64,000 nucleotides of DNA from Sedimentisphaerales bacterium (GTDB lineage Bacteria > Planctomycetota > Phycisphaerae > Sedimentisphaerales > SM23-30). The position numbers and the translations under genes are program-made. Under the pieces are notes generated by a model that was given only the letters and a program-made list of their open reading frames with translations, did no database searches and was not told the origin of the DNA. The stretch spans positions 39,887-103,886 of the forward strand of contig CAXXFK010000026.1 in NCBI GenBank assembly GCA_963663965.2, given 5' to 3'. Of this stretch, positions 11,426-21,551 are shown piece by piece. Every line of letters starts with the position of its first letter. The stretch's first letter is position 1.

Positions 11426-11563
11426 ATTCGATGTCACGATGCTGAGGAGAGATTTATCCTTGATCCGCTTTGAGATACAAAGGATATTTTAAGGTAAAGG
11501 GGAAAATAGGTAAATTTTCAGATTATGTTTTTTATTGAGGTATCAATATTTCTGATTGATTAA

Positions 11564-11741
11564 GGGACCGTAAATAAATAACACCTTCATTTCCCATCCC
11601 AGATTGCCGCCATCTTCAGCTGCTTCTCAATCGCGAACTCCTCGACATAGAATAACTATGCCTGCGGTTTCACTCAATCGGCGCGACTGAAACTGACGAT
11701 AAGTTGGGCGATCAATGCAGCATTTATTTATATACGGACCC
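11564..11741. mobile_element. 178-bp MITE-like element
   Basis: Terminal IRs GGGACCGTAAATAAATAA / TTATTTATATACGGACCC (16/18), flanked by TAA at 11561-11563 and 11742-11744; no ORF; interior is self-complementary. Confidence 0.75.
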
Positions 11742-11910
11742 TAATGAGCAGATTCTGGACTTTGGTAAACGTATTGGACAAATTTTTAGACAGGTTGATT
11801 AATCAAGATTGAATTCTAGATAATAGACAATATAATGTTAATTGTACTTAAGGAACGAAGTGCTATAACCTGTTTGTTCACATAGAATTAATTGTTTTAT
11901 GGAGACTATC

Positions 11911-14325
11911 ATGAAAAAGAAGCATTTTTGTGGATTACTGGTCGCTTTATTCGCTTTCACGTATCCAGTATCCGCCATGCAGGATTATCCTATTCAGCCG
12001 GTGTCTTTTACTGACGTGACAATCATAGGGGAGTTCTGGGCAGATCGAATTGAAACGAATCGAAGTGTCACAATTCCAACTTCGTTTCAGAAGTGTGAAG
12101 AATCCGGCCGAATGGATAATTTTGAACGGGCCGCAAGAGTACTAAAAGGTGATGAGTCACTAACGGATCGTCAGGTGCGTGGCTTATCCTTTGACGATAC
12201 GGATCCTTATAAAGTTCTGGAAGGAGCATCCTTTGGTCTGAGTGTCAAGTCGGAACCTGAGATGGATAAATACCTTGACGATTTGATTGCATTGATTGCA
12301 TCCGCTCAGGAAGCGGATGGTTATCTGTATACAGCCCGAACGATCAATCCTGAGCAGCCACATGAATGGGCTGGTTCAAAACGTTGGCAAAATGTAAAAA
12401 GACTCAGTCATGAACTTTATAATATGGGGCATCTTTATGAGGCGGCTGCGGCTCATTATTTAGCAACCGGAAAAAAAACGTTGTTAAATATTGCTATTAA
12501 AAATGCAAATTTGTTATGTAATACATTTGGCCCAGGAAAGAATCTCGATGCACCGGGACATCAGATCATTGAAATGGGATTGGTCAAACTTTACCGCGTT
12601 ACTGGTGAAAAGAAGTATCTGGATCTGGCTAAGTTTTTCCTAGATACCCGGGGACCCGGTGATGGCGAATATAGTCAGGCCCATAAAAAGGTTGTCGATC
12701 AGGATGAAGCGGTTGGCCATGCCGTTCGAGCAACCTATATGTATAGCGGGATGGCCGATGTGGCGGCTATTACGGGGAATACCAGCTATTTAAACGCAAT
12801 TGATAAAATCTGGGAAAATATCGTTAATAAAAAAATGTATGTCACTGGTGGTATAGGGGCTACCGGCAGCGGTGAGGCATTTGGCAGAAATTATGAATTA
12901 CCAAATATGACTGCCTATTGTGAGACCTGTGCGGCGATCGGGCATGTTTATTTGAATCAACGACTTTTCCTGCTCCATGGTCAGGCTAAATATATCGATG
13001 TTATGGAAAGAATTCTTTATAACGGTCTTATTAGCGGGGTGTCTCTGGATGGCCAGACTTTTTTCTATCCCAATCCACTGGAATCTATTGGTCAGCACAG
13101 CCGATCGCCATGGTTTGGTTGCGCCTGTTGTCCGGGGAATATTGCCCGCTTTATCGCTTCGGTTCCTGGATATATGTATGCGATTCGAGAAGATAATTTA
13201 TATTTGAATTTGTTTGCTGCCGGTAATGCAACGGTTACTGTTAATGGTAATAAAGTTGAGATTGTTCAGGAGACAGATTATCCCTGGAAAGGTAATATCA
13301 AACTGACCATAAAACCTGAGACCGGCACGGTACCATTCAATTTCCATGTGAGAATACCTGGTTGGGCGCGTAATGAATGTGTCCCGGGAGATTTGTATTC
13401 TTTTTTACATGAATGTAGTGAGTGTCCTGAGGTTAAATTGAATGGCAGAATAGTGCCTGACAACTTGATTGATGGTTATATATCGATAACCCGGTCATGG
13501 AAGAACGGAGATACCGTGGAACTAGAACTTCCCATGCCGGTTCGCCGAGTAGTGGCCAATCGTAAAGTTGAAGCCGATCAGGGAATGGTTGCAGTTCAGC
13601 GTGGTCCGATAATGTATTGCGCGGAATGGCCGGACAATCCTGACGGGCATGTTCGCAACTTGATTCTATCAGATGAACAAGAACTGGTTGCACAATGGCG
13701 GGAGGATTTTATCGCTCATCGCAATATGATGTTGATTAGCGGAGAAGCAGACGCCGCTAATAAAGACGAAGCAGGAGAAGTCGTCAAGACAAAACAACAG
13801 CTGTTGCTGATTCCATATTATGCCTGGGCTCATCGAGGCCGGGGAGAGATGGCAGTATGGCTGGCTTATCGTGATGAGGCCGTTCGGCCTTTGCCTGGCC
13901 CAACGATTGCATCTAAAAGCAAGTTATCCGCATCGGCAGGGAAAGGATCTCTTAAGGTGATCGTTGATCAGGCCGACCCCAAAAATTCCAGCGATCAGTC
14001 GATGGGGATATATCATTGGTGGCCTGACAATAACTGTACAAAGTGGATTATGATGGAGTTTGAAAAACCGGCGACAGTATCAGGGACTGAGGTGTACTGG
14101 TTTGATGATCGCCCTCATGGAGGATGTCGGGTTCCTGTTAGTTGGCGTTTGCTTTATCGAGATGGTGATACCTGGCGACAAGTCAAGGATGGCAATGGGT
14201 ATGGGGTTGAAAGAAATATATATAATCAAACAGCATTTGAGGCCGTAGCAACAGATGCCTTGAAAATTGAATTGCAACTCTCGGAAAGATTCTCAGGTGG
14301 AATTCTGGAGTGGCGAGTTGATTAA
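11911..14325 (+). CDS. GH127 beta-L-arabinofuranosidase-family protein with C-terminal discoidin/CBM-like domain
   Basis: GGAG RBS before ATG 11911; signal peptide; HELYNMGHLYEAA, GHAVRA, YCETCAA, CACCPGN motifs of DUF1680/GH127. Confidence 0.9.
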   Translation: MKKKHFCGLLVALFAFTYPVSAMQDYPIQPVSFTDVTIIGEFWADRIETNRSVTIPTSFQKCEESGRMDNFERAARVLKGDESLTDRQVRGLSFDDTDPYKVLEGASFGLSVKSEPEMDKYLDDLIALIASAQEADGYLYTARTINPEQPHEWAGSKRWQNVKRLSHELYNMGHLYEAAAAHYLATGKKTLLNIAIKNANLLCNTFGPGKNLDAPGHQIIEMGLVKLYRVTGEKKYLDLAKFFLDTRGPGDGEYSQAHKKVVDQDEAVGHAVRATYMYSGMADVAAITGNTSYLNAIDKIWENIVNKKMYVTGGIGATGSGEAFGRNYELPNMTAYCETCAAIGHVYLNQRLFLLHGQAKYIDVMERILYNGLISGVSLDGQTFFYPNPLESIGQHSRSPWFGCACCPGNIARFIASVPGYMYAIREDNLYLNLFAAGNATVTVNGNKVEIVQETDYPWKGNIKLTIKPETGTVPFNFHVRIPGWARNECVPGDLYSFLHECSECPEVKLNGRIVPDNLIDGYISITRSWKNGDTVELELPMPVRRVVANRKVEADQGMVAVQRGPIMYCAEWPDNPDGHVRNLILSDEQELVAQWREDFIAHRNMMLISGEADAANKDEAGEVVKTKQQLLLIPYYAWAHRGRGEMAVWLAYRDEAVRPLPGPTIASKSKLSASAGKGSLKVIVDQADPKNSSDQSMGIYHWWPDNNCTKWIMMEFEKPATVSGTEVYWFDDRPHGGCRVPVSWRLLYRDGDTWRQVKDGNGYGVERNIYNQTAFEAVATDALKIELQLSERFSGGILEWRVD

Positions 14326-14361
14326 CGGATAATTGATATGATTCTCGACTGGAGTTAGTTA

Positions 14362-14389
14362 TTGACTTTTTGTTGCTCTGAGCTATAGT
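14362..14389 (+). promoter_or_regulatory. Sigma70-like promoter for the small rpmH-like ORF
   Basis: TTGACT-16 nt-TATAGT. Confidence 0.55.
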
Positions 14390-14469
14390 GTGCGCCATGT
14401 GTTCTGTGTGATTTAGAAATGTATCTGAAATACAGACCTGAATGAAAATTGACAGTTGAGGTATAAGCT

Positions 14470-14556
14470 ATGGAAAACAAGCGAATCAGCCACAGGAAGA
14501 GATCCCGTAAAATGGGATTCCTCGCTCGTGCCAGGCGCAAAAAGAAAAGACGCTAG
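14470..14556 (+). CDS. rpmH: Short (28 aa) 50S ribosomal protein bL34-like
   Basis: MENKRISHRKRSRKMGFLARARRKKKRR*; S..KR.R..GF.AR matches the bL34 signature; GAGGT RBS at 14458-14462; below the ORF-track length cutoff. Confidence 0.75.
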   Translation: MENKRISHRKRSRKMGFLARARRKKKRR

Positions 14557-15024
14557 ACCAGCAAGATATTTATAAATTCAATAGTCAATCATCCAAATTT
14601 AGTATATATTTTCGTTCCATATATTTGTCCGCAACTTATTCTCAGCATCAAAAAGTTGGTCGGATGGGTATTTGAGATAAGTTAGTTCTGGTATTTATTT
14701 GTATTTTACCGGACCCAGCAACTGTTAGTCTGATTGACATACAAGCGCAGTGTGATTAGTGTTGAATATTTATAACTATTTTTACCGTAATAGTTTATGA
14801 CTTATTTTGCTTGCATGAAGTCTGTTGGTTTTATGCTCGATTTTTATGATTCATATTTTTTTTCATTTCAAACTGGAAATTGTTTTGTTTTGCAATTATA
14901 AATTTCAATTGAGCGTCTTACAGTTTGCTATTAAGATATTATTCGTGGATTGTAGAAAGAGTAGAGACGTAGTTTTGTATGACCAGATAAAATGACGGGA
15001 TCCTATAACTGAAAGGAGATCGCC

Positions 15025-16398
15025 ATGGTAGATATGGATTCAACCATTAAATCAAATCCTAATGACGCCAGAAAAGCCCCTTTACATCGCGTAATCGCAG
15101 AAAATCTCAGCCATAAAATCAATAATGGCGATTTGAAAACCGGGGAAAAATTGCCATCCGAACGGCAAATCGCGCAGCAATACAATGCCTCACGTGCCAC
15201 GGTCAGAACGGCTTTGCAGCATCTGGAACAGGAAGGCATAATTACCCGAAGAGACCGGCGTAGTGCTATCGTGACTCTTCGGCGTGATGTTAAGCCCAAT
15301 TTACGCATAGCGGTCACCAGTCACTCCCTTATGCGGGCAATGCGGGTATTAAATGAAAAACAGCTATTGCCAGCCAGAACGCAATTGCAGGCGATTAATA
15401 TCGCGTGTCCCAATGCGGTCAGTAATCTGGTGACTCAGCCTGCCAGTGGAGCAGATATTCTTATTTGCGATATCGATTTTATCAATTGCTGGCGGTCCAA
15501 TGACGGTTTGTTCAATTCATTAAAGCTGACGGTTACTGGTGATGCTGAAATAGAAGAACAGCTTTTGAGTGTTTGTATGGATCAAGGCCGGCTTATGGCC
15601 GTTCCGCTGGGGGTTTCCCCGATGATTCTATATTATAATCGAGCCATTTTACAAGAGATTCAGGCATTTATTCCACAAGGAGACTGGCATTGGGATCAAT
15701 TAATTGATTATGGTTCCAGGATTTCTAAAAGTGGCCGATTTGGGTTGCAAATGAAGCCAGGATTTGCGCAGTTAACATCATTGTTCACTGGTTTTGGAGG
15801 GCAATTGTATCAATCCAACGGAAAACTTGCCGTTGATTCCCAACCTACCTTTGATAACGCAGTCCGGTTCCTGTGTGAACACATCGGCGGCAGTGGAATT
15901 ATCGCCCCGATTACTTCTGAATTGCCGATAGATTTATTTGCTGATGGCCGTTGTGGCATGGCGATTGACGGGTATGATAAATATACTTGTTATCGGGACA
16001 AATTAGGCGACAATCTTGGAATTGCCAGTTTGCCGGGAGCCAGGTCTGATGGCCGCGTATCTCGAGCGATCGTAATGATGATATTAAAGCCTATGGAGGA
16101 TCTGCAACCCGTCGAAGATATGTTACGAACTTTCTTAAGCAATAATGTTCAGTCTGTTATTGCAAGTGAAGGCTTAGCCGCACCAGTACGCAAGGATCTA
16201 TTGACAAAAGATTTTATGGTAAATGCTGGAGTATCCTCTGAGATGGCTGAATTGCTCGTGAAAGAACTGGGCAGTATGAAACCGGTAGCACTGCCAAGTG
16301 ATGACCGGTTGACGGTCGCAACGCATCAACTATTTACAGAGTTATGGTTAGGAGTGGATTGCGAAGAGAATCTTATCAAGCGTTTACATGGCTTATAA
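15025..16398 (+). CDS. GntR-family regulator fused to a sugar-binding (SBP_bac_1-like) domain
   Basis: N-terminal wHTH (GEKLPSERQIAQQYNASRATVRTALQHL); C-terminal AVPLGVSPMILYYNR, WHWDQL, FADGRCGM motifs of extracellular solute-binding proteins; no signal peptide. Confidence 0.85.
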   Translation: MVDMDSTIKSNPNDARKAPLHRVIAENLSHKINNGDLKTGEKLPSERQIAQQYNASRATVRTALQHLEQEGIITRRDRRSAIVTLRRDVKPNLRIAVTSHSLMRAMRVLNEKQLLPARTQLQAINIACPNAVSNLVTQPASGADILICDIDFINCWRSNDGLFNSLKLTVTGDAEIEEQLLSVCMDQGRLMAVPLGVSPMILYYNRAILQEIQAFIPQGDWHWDQLIDYGSRISKSGRFGLQMKPGFAQLTSLFTGFGGQLYQSNGKLAVDSQPTFDNAVRFLCEHIGGSGIIAPITSELPIDLFADGRCGMAIDGYDKYTCYRDKLGDNLGIASLPGARSDGRVSRAIVMMILKPMEDLQPVEDMLRTFLSNNVQSVIASEGLAAPVRKDLLTKDFMVNAGVSSEMAELLVKELGSMKPVALPSDDRLTVATHQLFTELWLGVDCEENLIKRLHGL

Positions 16399-16420
16399 TT
16401 TAAGAAGACATAAAACTATC

Positions 16421-16447
16421 AAGGCCCGGGTATTACCGGGCTTTTTT
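16421..16447 (+). terminator. Rho-independent terminator
   Basis: GCCCGG-gtatta-CCGGGC followed by T6. Confidence 0.85.
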
Positions 16448-16527
16448 ATTTAGGCGGTTTGATGACTTGATTTGTTGAACTGACTACTTTTATATAAATT
16501 TAATCAAAACGACCGATAAGAAAACGG

Positions 16528-16555
16528 TTGACATCTGACTCTAAGTACTTATAAT
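16528..16555 (+). promoter_or_regulatory. Consensus sigma70 promoter
   Basis: TTGACA-16 nt-TATAAT upstream of the cyclophilin-fusion gene. Confidence 0.75.
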
Positions 16556-16567
16556 TCATATCATTAG

Positions 16568-18766
16568 ATGACTTGTCGACCATATGCTGAGGACTCAATC
16601 ATGCTTGAACGACTAAACGATCCGATGATCGAATCAGATATGAATCCAATACGGATATATAGGAATCAATCCCTATCGCAAGAAAATACTTACTTGAAAA
16701 AAATAGCAGGGAGTTGGTGTTGGGTCTATATATTAAGTGTCATCTTATTGTTTAGGGCATCTTCGCTGGCTGATACGACCGTTGTCATCATTCATACGAC
16801 ATTGGGAGATGTTACCGTTGAGTTATACGATGATAAAGCGCCAGTAACTGTCGCCAATTTTCTCAGTTATGTGAATGATGATTTTTATGATGGTGTGATT
16901 TTTCATCGTGTAATTGATGACTTTATGGCTCAAACCGGTGCCTATACCGAGGCACTTTATGATGCCGATTTCACGGCATCAGATTTTAATATCAAAGATA
17001 CTGATTTTTATCGTGAACCCGAGGATGCGATTGATTTAGAGATTACGGCAGGTTTATTAAATCTGCGCGGAACGATAGCCATGGCCCGGACATCTGAACT
17101 CAATTCAGCTACTTCACAATTTTTCATCAATGTGGTTAATAATTCACATCTGGATCCAGGCACCTCCTCACCTTATGCCGTCTTTGGTAAAGTGACCCAG
17201 GGAATGGATGTTGTTGACGCAATTGTGCAGGACATAGTGGATAATGGTAATTTTGCAGATGCAGAAGACTATTTTGAAGATTTGCCACTTAATCCAATCG
17301 TTATTAATGATATTGAGATTATAAGATCGTTTGATGAAGACAGTGCGGACTTTAGCGATGTGCCATATTTTAACGCAAAAGATGGTTCAAACAGATTATT
17401 TCGGGGGCAGGGAACTCTTACCGGTTCTGTTCTGAGGCATAATTTTTCAATGATTGAGCGTCTGGACCCACCGGTTAAATGTTTGAAATGGTCTCAGGCT
17501 GTGGCATCGGATCTTGACATGGATGCGTCGACTCTGGTATTGGCAAAAGATACTGATGATGGATTATGGCTGGTTCAGCATATTATCAATGAAGGAACTG
17601 ATTCAGAAGAAATTTTAGTGGATGCTAATTCTGTTGTGGACCTGACCCCCATGGGAGATTTGGCGGATCAAAGCATTTATTATCGGATGATGCTCGAATT
17701 GACGGTTTCTGATGACCTGGAAGATCCTAACAACATTATTACAATCGGCGAGGGCGAAAATCTCTATATCGAACAGATTGCGGATTTCGATGCGGCATTA
17801 TTACCTGAATATTCCGGCAATTTAGTCGAAGTTCGTAAGACCTATGGCCCCGTCGATACTCCCACTAATATTGACTGGAGTTTCTACGATGAGGAAAATG
17901 GGCTGGTATTAGAATTGTTTGATGACAACGAAGACACTGTCAATGGTGATGGATGGTTGCTAAGTCAGCCCTCCGTACTTCCTAATGCCCTAATATCTGT
18001 CAAAGTGGACACTCGTGAACCCAATAGTATATATCACGATGATTTTCTGGTGACAGGTTTACTGGCGGCTGAGGCCGAAAATTTCGATGATGGCTATATT
18101 TATATTCGTGTTGGTATCTGGGAAACAACCATTAATACGTCAGATCCTGAATTAAATGCTTATAGCAATGGATATATCTATCAGGGTGAATTAGAGGATG
18201 GTTCAATGGCCAAACTGAAGTTTGATTTGAAGCATGACAAATTCGTGTTTTATGTGAAGAGCACAGATTTATCGGGATTGGCTGAGCCGATTCAAGTTGA
18301 AATTGTCGCGGGATCTTATAGTACCTCCGGGCAAGCAACCATCAAGGGTGGGAAAAAAATTCCAGTGCGATTAATGTCGGGAGTTGCGGATACGGTTTAT
18401 CATGGCAGTTATCGTCGAATTATTGATGATGGTCCACATCACGATTCGATCACCCTGGTGGGTCAAATTGCGGCAGAAGATGGGTGGATCGATCTGACCG
18501 AAACAGAATTCGCTGCCATCTGGGATAGTAAAACCTATACCATTAGCAGTGGGAAATTTCAACGTGTCGGGAGACGCGATCGGTATTATTACAAAAACAG
18601 TTCGGCGTCCTTCAAATATGCCGTGGTTGACTGGAACAAGGGGGAATACAAAATTATCCTGGCAAGAACCAGTATTGCCGCACCGACTGAAGATCTTCAG
18701 ATAAAAATCACAAATAGCGCTGATACTGTATTATTCGATCAGACCATAGAAGTAAAAGCCAATTAG
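16568..18766 (+). CDS. Cyclophilin-type peptidyl-prolyl isomerase with long acidic C-terminal extension (true start probably downstream)
   Basis: APVTVANFLSYV, FHRVIDDFMAQTG, GTIAMART, SATSQFFIN, YAVFGKV; hydrophobic signal-like segment precedes the domain. Confidence 0.85.
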   Translation: MTCRPYAEDSIMLERLNDPMIESDMNPIRIYRNQSLSQENTYLKKIAGSWCWVYILSVILLFRASSLADTTVVIIHTTLGDVTVELYDDKAPVTVANFLSYVNDDFYDGVIFHRVIDDFMAQTGAYTEALYDADFTASDFNIKDTDFYREPEDAIDLEITAGLLNLRGTIAMARTSELNSATSQFFINVVNNSHLDPGTSSPYAVFGKVTQGMDVVDAIVQDIVDNGNFADAEDYFEDLPLNPIVINDIEIIRSFDEDSADFSDVPYFNAKDGSNRLFRGQGTLTGSVLRHNFSMIERLDPPVKCLKWSQAVASDLDMDASTLVLAKDTDDGLWLVQHIINEGTDSEEILVDANSVVDLTPMGDLADQSIYYRMMLELTVSDDLEDPNNIITIGEGENLYIEQIADFDAALLPEYSGNLVEVRKTYGPVDTPTNIDWSFYDEENGLVLELFDDNEDTVNGDGWLLSQPSVLPNALISVKVDTREPNSIYHDDFLVTGLLAAEAENFDDGYIYIRVGIWETTINTSDPELNAYSNGYIYQGELEDGSMAKLKFDLKHDKFVFYVKSTDLSGLAEPIQVEIVAGSYSTSGQATIKGGKKIPVRLMSGVADTVYHGSYRRIIDDGPHHDSITLVGQIAAEDGWIDLTETEFAAIWDSKTYTISSGKFQRVGRRDRYYYKNSSASFKYAVVDWNKGEYKIILARTSIAAPTEDLQIKITNSADTVLFDQTIEVKAN

Positions 18767-18801
18767 TTAAGTTCTGTGAGATATCTCACAGAACAGATCC
18801 T

Positions 18802-20496
18802 GTGAAAGTGGCAATTATGCAAATGTTATCGAGATATAAACTTACTCAATCCAAAACATTCATATATCTGTTTTCAGGCATTGTCTGGTGGTTATGGATG
18901 TTTGGAATCGTCTCCGCTCAGGAAGATTTGTTTCATAAGGTTCCAGATTTAGAATCGGTGATCAACGACGAACATTTGTTGCTGGAAGACCGTGAACGTA
19001 AACCGATTGATCTGACGCTGGAAGATTGTATTGCCGCAACTTTACAGCATAATTACAGTGTGAAGGCGGGCGGCTTCGATCCGGCCATCCGGCTATCAGA
19101 TATCGTTCAGGCTGAGGCCGTTTTCGATGCGGTTTTGTATGGATCGGTTCAGTTAAATCATAATGAAAGTTATAATATTGATACCACGTATTATACGCGA
19201 ACAAAAGATAACAATGGCGATGTGACGGTAGAGAAAATTCCAACAGATCTATTTAATAGTAATAGTGACGATAATTATACGTTGGGATTGCGTAAACTCA
19301 TACCGTCTGGCGGGGTTGTTCAGTTAGCACAAAGTTTGCGGCGTTATCAAGACCATATTGAAGAAGGATTGTATCAGAACCCTTTTTATGAATCGGCCAT
19401 CCAAGTGCAATATCGGCAACCATTGCTTCGCGATTTTGGCGTGGATGTCAATCGGGCGGGAATCCTGGCTGCGCGAAACAGATATAAAACTTCACTGCAG
19501 CAATTCCAGCTTTTAGTCATCAACTCTATGACTGAGGCAGAGTCGACCTACTGGAATTTGTTTTCAGCGCGTCAGCAAGTCAAAATTCAGCAGGAATTGC
19601 TCAATCGGGCGGAACGGACTCTGCTGATGGTTCAGGCCAGGGTGAATTATGATGGCCGAAGTATCTCTCTGGCGCGAACCCAGGCAGTTATTGCCAAGGC
19701 GAAAGCCGATCTGTTGACAGCTCAAAACAGTGTTTTGCAAATGCAAGACCGCCTTTTGAGACTGATGAACGATCCGGAAATGGATCTGAATAGCAACATC
19801 GAATTGATTTTATTCGATAAGCCTTGCCGGGAACATTATTACGTCGATAGGGAAAAGGCTATCGAAACCGCCTTAAAAATACGCCCGGAAGTTGTAGCCC
19901 AGCAATTGACCGTTGATACTGCCGGTCTGGCATTGGGTGTGGCGCGCAATCAGAAATTGCCTCGATTGGATCTGGTGTTTCAACATGAAGTGTCCGGCGC
20001 GGAAGGGACTTCAAGCTCTTCGGTTGAAGAAATGTGGGAAGGTAAAGCGCAAAGTTATGCCGTTGGTTTGAGTTTTGAAACGCCATTCGGTAATCGGGCA
20101 TCAACGGCGGCTTTTGAACGAGCCCGCAAACAGTATCAACAGGAAATGGTGAGACTAAAAAGCGTCGAGCAGGATGTGCAAACTGAGCTCAGTATTTCGT
20201 TGCATAATTTGGAAAAGGCTTGGGAAGAAACACAGGCTCGCCTGGAAGCCGTTGAGTATGATCGCAATGAAGTATTGAATTTTCTGGCATTGCTGGACAC
20301 AGAAAGGCAAGATACGGTAACCCCGGAATTTTTAAATATCAAGCTGAATGCTGACCAGCGACTGGCCTATAGTCAAGCCGCTGCCCTGCAAGCGATGGTG
20401 CAGTATGATCTGGCCATTATGAATCTACAAAAAGCCCAAGGCGCATTGTTACGCTATAATAATGTTAAACTGGCTGAACAGGCAGATTCAGAATGA
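18802..20496 (+). CDS. TolC-family outer-membrane efflux protein
   Basis: Signal peptide; LTLEDCIAATLQHN, QPLLRDFG, YWNL, RPEV, LPRLDL, P.GNR outer-membrane efflux repeats. Confidence 0.85.
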   Translation: MKVAIMQMLSRYKLTQSKTFIYLFSGIVWWLWMFGIVSAQEDLFHKVPDLESVINDEHLLLEDRERKPIDLTLEDCIAATLQHNYSVKAGGFDPAIRLSDIVQAEAVFDAVLYGSVQLNHNESYNIDTTYYTRTKDNNGDVTVEKIPTDLFNSNSDDNYTLGLRKLIPSGGVVQLAQSLRRYQDHIEEGLYQNPFYESAIQVQYRQPLLRDFGVDVNRAGILAARNRYKTSLQQFQLLVINSMTEAESTYWNLFSARQQVKIQQELLNRAERTLLMVQARVNYDGRSISLARTQAVIAKAKADLLTAQNSVLQMQDRLLRLMNDPEMDLNSNIELILFDKPCREHYYVDREKAIETALKIRPEVVAQQLTVDTAGLALGVARNQKLPRLDLVFQHEVSGAEGTSSSSVEEMWEGKAQSYAVGLSFETPFGNRASTAAFERARKQYQQEMVRLKSVEQDVQTELSISLHNLEKAWEETQARLEAVEYDRNEVLNFLALLDTERQDTVTPEFLNIKLNADQRLAYSQAAALQAMVQYDLAIMNLQKAQGALLRYNNVKLAEQADSE

Positions 20497-20564
20497 CCCT
20501 TACATATGTTGCCAGTATTAAGGATTGAGCAACTCAAGTTGCCGGAATATTAAATGGGGTTTAA

Positions 20565-21551
20565 TCACCGACTGGCGATAGTTTGCCCTTGTTTCATTGT
20601 ATGAAGCGCCAAGCCGGCGGCCCCAACAAAGCCGGCATCCCCTCCAAGTGAGGCATACTCAATAGCCATGGGTTCCGGCTTTAGATTCCAGACCAGCTCC
20701 TTAAAATAAGATCGGATCATATCGAGTAGATAATTGCCGGCTTCAATCATTCCACCTGCAAAAACCACCAGTTGAGGCTCAGTTGTGTGTAACATATTCA
20801 CGCAAATCAAGGCCAGATATTGAGCTGTTTCTTCAGTAATTCTTTTTGCTGTTGGATCCCCATTAATGGCATGATCGAAAACGTCTTTACAGGTCAGTTT
20901 GCCATTAGTATCCCAGATTGTCTTTAATGTAGACGTTGGATTATTCCGGATCGCTTCTTCAGCTCGTAATGCCGTCTGGTTAGCCGAGGCATAAGCTTCG
21001 ATGCATCCTTTTTGACCGCAATTACAAAGGCGTCCATTATGGATGATGATAATATGACCCAGTTCAGCGCCGTTGTCATCACTTCCACGGATAAGCTCTC
21101 CATTATATATAATGCCGCCCCCAATACCCGTACCCAGAGTAAACATGACCATGTCAGTGACATTTCGACCGGTTCCCATCCAGAATTCGCCCCAACATGC
21201 AGCATTGGCATCGTTGTGTAGTACGGCTGGTTTTTTCAGGGCTTTAGAAAGTTTAGCCCTCATTTTAAAGTTGTCATAACCCGGAAGATTGGCGCATTTG
21301 TAAAGCTGCCCTTGGTCGACGGATAATGGGCCTGGGCTGCCAATTCCGGCACAAAGTACTCTATCGATGGAGTACTTATATTTCTGAAGCAAATCAAAAC
21401 TGTGATGAGCTATTCTTTCTATCAGATCCTGAGGGCCCTGTTCTACCTGTGTTGGAAATGAGCGGCTTGCGATAATATTACCATCAACATCAACCAGGCC
21501 CAATTTTACATTAGTGCCACCAAGATCAATTCCAATGAGTAGTTCTTTCAT
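20565..21551 (-). CDS. ROK-family sugar kinase (glucokinase-like)
   Basis: GIDLGGT, GSPG, NDANAA, TLGTGIGGG, ELGH, CNCGQKGCIEAYAS. Confidence 0.92.
   Translation of the reverse strand: MKELLIGIDLGGTNVKLGLVDVDGNIIASRSFPTQVEQGPQDLIERIAHHSFDLLQKYKYSIDRVLCAGIGSPGPLSVDQGQLYKCANLPGYDNFKMRAKLSKALKKPAVLHNDANAACWGEFWMGTGRNVTDMVMFTLGTGIGGGIIYNGELIRGSDDNGAELGHIIIIHNGRLCNCGQKGCIEAYASANQTALRAEEAIRNNPTSTLKTIWDTNGKLTCKDVFDHAINGDPTAKRITEETAQYLALICVNMLHTTEPQLVVFAGGMIEAGNYLLDMIRSYFKELVWNLKPEPMAIEYASLGGDAGFVGAAGLALHTMKQGQTIASR

Noticed and set aside
14355..14540. Minus-strand 61-aa ORF
   Set aside because: Antisense to the rpmH-like gene and its promoter
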